DNA of 64,000 nucleotides from Escherichia coli (GTDB lineage Bacteria; Pseudomonadota; Gammaproteobacteria; Enterobacterales; Enterobacteriaceae): NCBI RefSeq assembly GCF_003334255.1, contig NZ_QOWU01000025.1; one strand, 5' to 3'. Shown piece by piece: positions 57,521 to 64,000 of this stretch (position 1 is its first letter; each line of letters starts with the position of its first letter). The notes under the pieces were generated by a model. It saw only the letters and a program-made list of their open reading frames with translations, ran no database searches and was not told where the DNA came from. The position numbers and the translations under genes were made by a program.

Positions 57521-58051
57521 ATGGATAGTTCGTTTACGCCCATTGAACAAATGCTAAAATTTCGCGCCAGCCGCCACGAAGATTTTCCTTATCAGGAGAT
57601 CCTTCTGACTCGTCTTTGCATGCACATGCAAAGCAAGCTGCTGGAGAACCGCAATAAAATGCTGAAGGCTCAGGGGATTAACGAGACGTTGTTTATGGCG
57701 TTGATTACGCTGGAGTCTCAGGAAAACCACAGTATTCAGCCTTCTGAATTAAGTTGTGCTCTTGGATCATCCCGTACCAACGCGACGCGTATTGCCGATG
57801 AACTGGAAAAACGCGGTTGGATCGAACGTCGTGAAAGCGATAACGATCGCCGCTGCCTGCATCTGCAATTAACGGAAAAAGGTCACGAGTTTTTGCGCGA
57901 GGTTTTACCACCGCAGCATAACTGCCTGCATCAACTCTGGTCCGCGCTCAGCACAACAGAAAAAGATCAGCTCGAGCAAATCACCCGCAAATTGCTCTCC
58001 CGTCTCGACCAGATGGAACAAGACGGTGTGGTTCTCGAAGCGATGAGCTAA
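57521..58051 (+). CDS. mprA: MarR-family repressor of emrAB, 176 aa
   Basis: [67 protein letters not shown]. Confidence 0.9.
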
Positions 58052-58177
58052 CGCGTCATCTCGCTCAAAAATCCAGATTTATAAAAGAAAAAATGACTGG
58101 CCAGCATCGCAACATGCTGGCCTTTTTGGCAAGCAGGTCGGCTCAGCCGATGAGTTAAGAAGATCGTGGAGAACAAT

Positions 58178-59350
58178 ATGAGCGCAAATGCGGAGACTCA
58201 AACCCCGCAGCAACCGGTAAAGAAGAGCGGCAAACGTAAGCGTCTGCTCCTCCTTCTCACCTTGCTCTTTATAATTATTGCCGTAGCGATAGGGATTTAT
58301 TGGTTTTTGGTACTGCGTCACTTTGAAGAAACCGATGACGCATACGTGGCAGGGAATCAAATTCAAATTATGTCTCAGGTGTCTGGCAGCGTGACGAAAG
58401 TCTGGGCCGATAACACCGATTTTGTAAAAGAAGGCGACGTGCTGGTCACTCTCGACCCGACAGATGCTCGCCAGGCGTTTGAAAAAGCCAAAACTGCACT
58501 GGCTTCCAGCGTTCGCCAAACCCACCAGCTGATGATTAACAGCAAGCAGTTGCAGGCGAATATTGAGGTGCAGAAAATCGCCCTCGCGAAAGCACAAAGC
58601 GACTACAACCGCCGTGTGCCGCTGGGCAATGCCAACCTGATTGGTCGCGAAGAGCTGCAACACGCCCGCGACGCCGTCACCAGTGCCCAGGCGCAACTGG
58701 ACGTCGCGATTCAACAATACAATGCCAATCAGGCGATGATTCTGGGGACTAAACTGGAAGATCAGCCAGCCGTGCAACAGGCTGCCACCGAAGTACGTAA
58801 CGCCTGGCTGGCGCTGGAGCGTACTCGTATTATCAGTCCGATGACCGGTTATGTCTCCCGCCGCGCGGTACAGCCTGGGGCGCAAATTAGCCCAACGACG
58901 CCGCTGATGGCGGTCGTTCCAGCCACCAATATGTGGGTGGATGCCAACTTTAAAGAGACGCAGATTGCCAATATGCGTATCGGTCAGCCGGTCACTATCA
59001 CCACGGATATTTACGGCGATGATGTGAAATACACCGGTAAAGTGGTTGGTCTGGATATGGGCACAGGTAGCGCGTTCTCACTGCTTCCAGCGCAAAATGC
59101 GACCGGTAACTGGATCAAAGTCGTTCAGCGTCTGCCTGTGCGTATCGAACTGGACCAGAAACAGCTGGAGCAATATCCGCTGCGTATCGGTTTGTCCACG
59201 CTGGTGAGCGTCAATACCACTAACCGTGACGGTCAGGTACTGGCAAATAAAGTACGTTCCACTCCGGTAGCGGTAAGCACCGCGCGTGAAATCAGCCTGG
59301 CACCTGTCAATAAACTGATCGACGATATCGTAAAAGCTAACGCTGGCTAA
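58178..59350 (+). CDS. emrA: Multidrug efflux periplasmic adaptor EmrA, 390 aa
   Basis: Translation begins MSANAETQTPQQPVKKSGKRKRLLLLLTLLFIIIAVAIGIYWF; corrected start. Confidence 0.9.
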   Translation: MSANAETQTPQQPVKKSGKRKRLLLLLTLLFIIIAVAIGIYWFLVLRHFEETDDAYVAGNQIQIMSQVSGSVTKVWADNTDFVKEGDVLVTLDPTDARQAFEKAKTALASSVRQTHQLMINSKQLQANIEVQKIALAKAQSDYNRRVPLGNANLIGREELQHARDAVTSAQAQLDVAIQQYNANQAMILGTKLEDQPAVQQAATEVRNAWLALERTRIISPMTGYVSRRAVQPGAQISPTTPLMAVVPATNMWVDANFKETQIANMRIGQPVTITTDIYGDDVKYTGKVVGLDMGTGSAFSLLPAQNATGNWIKVVQRLPVRIELDQKQLEQYPLRIGLSTLVSVNTTNRDGQVLANKVRSTPVAVSTAREISLAPVNKLIDDIVKANAG

Positions 59351-59366
59351 TCCAGAGGTGCGTGTG

Positions 59367-60905
59367 ATGCAACAGCAAAAACCGCTGGAAGGCGCGCAAC
59401 TGGTCATTATGACGATTGCGCTGTCACTGGCGACATTCATGCAGGTGCTGGACTCCACCATTGCTAACGTGGCGATCCCCACTATCGCCGGGAATCTGGG
59501 CTCATCGCTCAGCCAGGGAACGTGGGTAATCACTTCTTTCGGGGTGGCGAATGCCATCTCGATCCCGCTTACCGGCTGGCTGGCAAAGCGCGTCGGGGAA
59601 GTGAAACTGTTCCTTTGGTCCACCATCGCCTTTGCTATTGCGTCGTGGGCGTGTGGTGTCTCCAGCAGCCTGAATATGCTGATCTTCTTCCGCGTGATTC
59701 AGGGGATTGTCGCCGGGCCGTTGATCCCGCTTTCGCAAAGTCTATTGCTGAATAACTACCCGCCAGCCAAACGCTCGATCGCGCTGGCGTTGTGGTCGAT
59801 GACGGTGATTGTCGCGCCAATTTGCGGCCCGATCCTCGGCGGTTATATCAGCGATAATTACCACTGGGGCTGGATATTCTTCATCAACGTGCCGATTGGC
59901 GTGGCGGTGGTGTTGATGACACTGCAAACTCTGCGCGGACGTGAAACCCGCACCGAACGGCGGCGGATTGATGCCGTGGGGCTGGCACTGCTGGTTATTG
60001 GTATCGGCAGCCTGCAGATTATGCTCGACCGCGGTAAAGAGCTGGACTGGTTTTCATCACAGGAAATTATCATCCTTACCGTGGTGGCGGTGGTGGCTAT
60101 CTGCTTCCTGATTGTCTGGGAGCTGACCGACGATAACCCGATAGTCGATCTGTCGTTGTTTAAGTCGCGCAACTTCACCATCGGCTGCTTGTGTATCAGC
60201 CTCGCGTATATGCTCTACTTCGGCGCTATTGTTCTGCTGCCGCAGTTGTTGCAGGAGGTCTACGGTTACACGGCGACCTGGGCAGGTTTGGCCTCTGCGC
60301 CGGTAGGGATTATTCCGGTGATCCTGTCGCCGATTATCGGCCGCTTCGCGCATAAACTGGATATGCGGCGGCTGGTAACCTTCAGCTTTATTATGTATGC
60401 CGTCTGCTTCTACTGGCGTGCCTATACCTTTGAACCAGGTATGGATTTTGGCGCGTCGGCCTGGCCGCAGTTTATCCAGGGGTTTGCGGTGGCCTGCTTC
60501 TTTATGCCGCTGACCACCATTACGCTGTCTGGTTTGCCACCGGAACGACTGGCGGCGGCATCGAGCCTCTCTAACTTTACGCGAACGCTGGCGGGGTCTA
60601 TCGGCACGTCGATAACCACGACCATGTGGACCAACCGCGAGTCGATGCACCATGCGCAGTTGACTGAGTCGGTAAACCCGTTCAACCCGAATGCCCAGGC
60701 GATGTACAGTCAACTGGAAGGGCTTGGGATGACGCAACAGCAGGCATCAGGCTGGATTGCCCAGCAGATCACCAATCAGGGGCTGATTATTTCCGCCAAT
60801 GAGATCTTCTGGATGTCAGCCGGGATATTCCTCGTCCTGCTGGGGCTGGTGTGGTTTGCTAAACCGCCATTTGGCGCAGGTGGCGGCGGAGGCGGTGCGC
60901 ACTAA
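59367..60905 (+). CDS. emrB: Multidrug efflux MFS transporter EmrB (14-TM), 512 aa
   Basis: Translation begins MQQQKPLEGAQLVIMTIALSLATFMQVLDSTIANVAIPTIAGNLG; corrected start. Confidence 0.9.
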   Translation: MQQQKPLEGAQLVIMTIALSLATFMQVLDSTIANVAIPTIAGNLGSSLSQGTWVITSFGVANAISIPLTGWLAKRVGEVKLFLWSTIAFAIASWACGVSSSLNMLIFFRVIQGIVAGPLIPLSQSLLLNNYPPAKRSIALALWSMTVIVAPICGPILGGYISDNYHWGWIFFINVPIGVAVVLMTLQTLRGRETRTERRRIDAVGLALLVIGIGSLQIMLDRGKELDWFSSQEIIILTVVAVVAICFLIVWELTDDNPIVDLSLFKSRNFTIGCLCISLAYMLYFGAIVLLPQLLQEVYGYTATWAGLASAPVGIIPVILSPIIGRFAHKLDMRRLVTFSFIMYAVCFYWRAYTFEPGMDFGASAWPQFIQGFAVACFFMPLTTITLSGLPPERLAAASSLSNFTRTLAGSIGTSITTTMWTNRESMHHAQLTESVNPFNPNAQAMYSQLEGLGMTQQQASGWIAQQITNQGLIISANEIFWMSAGIFLVLLGLVWFAKPPFGAGGGGGGAH

Positions 60906-60913
60906 GTACAACT

Positions 60914-60942
60914 AAGCCAGTTCATTTGAACTGGCTTTTTTC
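60914..60942. terminator. Bidirectional terminator between emrB and luxS
   Basis: AAGCCAGTTCA-TTTGAACTGGCTT hairpin followed by TTTTTC. Confidence 0.75.
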
Positions 60943-60968
60943 AATTAATTGTGAAGATAGTTTACTGA

Positions 60969-61484
60969 CTAGATGTGCAGTTCCTGCAACTTCTCTTTCG
61001 GCAGTGCCAGTTCTTCGTTGCTGTTGATGCGTACGTCACGTTCCAGAATGCTACGCGCAATATCCTGCGCTTCCTGCAACGAGTGCATCTGGTAAGTGCC
61101 ACACTGGTAGACGTTCAGTTCCGGGATCTGATTCTGATCCTGCACTTTCAGCACGTCTTCCATTGCCGCTTTCCAGGCATCAGCAACACGCTGCTCATCT
61201 GGCGTACCAATCAGACTCATATAAAAACCGGTGCGGCAGCCCATTGGCGAGATATCGATAATCTCTACACCATTACCGTTAAGATGGTTACGCATAAAAC
61301 CAGCAAACAGGTGCTCCAGGGTATGGATCCCTCTTTCTGGCATCACTTCTTTGTTCGGCACGCAGAAGCGCAGATCGAACACGGTGATTGCGTCGCCATG
61401 CGGGGTGTTCATTGTTTTCGCCACCCGAACTGCAGGCGCTTCCATCCGGGTATGATCGACTGTGAAGCTATCTAACAACGGCAT
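60969..61484 (-). CDS. luxS: S-ribosylhomocysteine lyase (autoinducer-2 synthase), 171 aa
   Basis: [68 protein letters not shown]. Confidence 0.95.
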
Positions 61485-61552
61485 TTAGCCACCTCCGGTA
61501 ATTTTTTTAAAAATTTTCTGAACTCTTTCTTCCCAGGCGAGTCTGAGTATAT

Positions 61553-61625
61553 GAAAGACGCGCATTTGTTATCATCATCCCTGAATTCAGAGATGAAATT
61601 TTGGCCACTCACGAGTGGCCTTTTT
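61553..61625 (+). ncRNA. micA: MicA (SraD) small regulatory RNA
   Basis: GAAAGACGCGCATTTGTTATCATCATCCCTGAATTCAGAGATGAAATTTTGGCCACTCACGAGTGGCCTTTTT with terminal hairpin GGCCACTC-ACGA-GTGGCC plus T-tract; located between luxS and gshA. Confidence 0.85.
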
Positions 61626-61633
61626 CTTTTCTG

Positions 61634-63217
<1,584 letters not shown>

Positions 63218-63262
63218 TTAATTAGCATAACTGTAATGGTGACCATATGTGCAGGCCTACAA

Positions 63263-63691
63263 TTAGTGCCACCACATCATGCCCTGAACGGTCGCTGCTG
63301 CAACTGCAACATAGCGTAACGCTTTACCAAGGCACAAAAAAAAGATTACCGGTCCCCACGAGATGCGCATCCATCCCGCTAACAGACACAGTAAATCGCC
63401 AACCACGGGCATCCAGCTTAATAATAGCGTGACTGCACCATAGCGTTTCAGCCAGCCGGTAGCTTTCTCTTGCCAGCGCGATGTTTTACGCAATGGAAAG
63501 AAACGCCCAAGGATAACGTTAGTTAACCCTCCAAGGCTATTACCCATTGTTGCTGTTAAAACTAAAACCCAGGGATGACTGATCCCGGAAAGCAACATTG
63601 CCACCAGCACGACTTCGGAGTTGCCGGGTAATAGTGTAGCGCTGAGAAAACTACTGGCAAACAACGAGAAAAGCGATAACGCTTCACTCAC
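63263..63691 (-). CDS. yqaA: DedA/SNARE-associated family inner membrane protein YqaA, 142 aa
   Basis: ORF MSEALSLFSLFASSFLSATLLPGNSEVVLVAMLLSGISHPWVLVLTATMGNSLGG. Confidence 0.85.
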   Translation of the reverse strand: MSEALSLFSLFASSFLSATLLPGNSEVVLVAMLLSGISHPWVLVLTATMGNSLGGLTNVILGRFFPLRKTSRWQEKATGWLKRYGAVTLLLSWMPVVGDLLCLLAGWMRISWGPVIFFLCLGKALRYVAVAAATVQGMMWWH

Positions 63692-64000
63692 AGCAAGCGA
63701 ACATCCACGGCGTCCATGCCTGCTGCACGGGCCGCCTGAATACCGAAATCGGCATCTTCAAAGACCACACACTGCGTCGGTTGCACGCCCATACGCTGCG
63801 CGCACAACAAAAATGTGTCTGGCGCGGGTTTATGGTGTTTGACGTGATCGGCAGCGACGACGGCGTCAAAATAATGGCGTAATCCCAGGTGCGCCAGCAA
63901 TGCCTCAGCGATGGCGCTTTCACTCCCCGTTCCTACAGCCATTGGGCGACGACCATGCCAACTTTTCACCACATCAACAAGAGGAAGCGGTTCGACGCTA
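63688..64000 (-). CDS. yqaB: HAD-family sugar phosphatase YqaB, C-terminal part only (gene runs off the right edge of the window)
   Basis: C-terminal segment ...VVFEDADFGIQAARAAGMDAVDVRLL; overlaps yqaA start by 4 nt; N-terminus beyond position 64000. Confidence 0.8.
   Translation of the reverse strand, partial: SVEPLPLVDVVKSWHGRRPMAVGTGSESAIAEALLAHLGLRHYFDAVVAADHVKHHKPAPDTFLLCAQRMGVQPTQCVVFEDADFGIQAARAAGMDAVDVRLL

Noticed and set aside
60860..60905. Poly-Gly C-terminus of EmrB (GAGGGGGGAH) as a possible frameshift or repeat artefact
   Set aside because: In-frame end of a well-supported gene followed by a clean terminator; no evidence of slippage in the sequence itself.

Overview
This window reads as a contiguous stretch of Escherichia coli chromosome (K-12-like gene order), identified by recognising the encoded proteins and RNAs; no database search was run. 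Gene order: rrn operon promoters at the left edge (16S gene off-window), clpB, pgeF, rluD, bamD, raiA, pheL-pheA, tyrA-aroF, yfiL, yfiR-dgcN-yfiB, rplS-trmD-rimM-rpsP, ffh, ypjD, yfjD, grpE, nadK, recN, bamE, ratB-ratA, smpB, ssrA (tmRNA), a very large ypjA-type autotransporter, an AT-rich islet (pin invertase and IS3 transposase remnants, two uncharacterised genes, tRNA-Ile(CAU), an amylase-like gene with in-frame stops), then csiD-lhgO-gabDTP-csiR, kbp, yqaE, ygaVP, stpA, alaE, ygaC, ygaM, nrdHIEF, proVWX, ygaY, ygaZH, mprA-emrAB, luxS, MicA, gshA, yqaA and partial yqaB. Most of it is well-characterised core genome. The only poorly understood part is the islet between ssrA and csiD (about 24.7-35.4 kb). 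Two things there deserve follow-up: a 263-aa protein with a pentapeptide-repeat-like segment and a strongly acidic tail, with a 160-aa orphan partner; and a 752-codon GH13-like frame broken only by three in-frame TAG codons. No prophage or integrase follows ssrA, no CRISPR array is present, and I found no clear novel multi-gene system beyond these candidates. Several ORF-track entries are N-terminally over-extended or are antisense shadows; corrected starts are given where I could place them.
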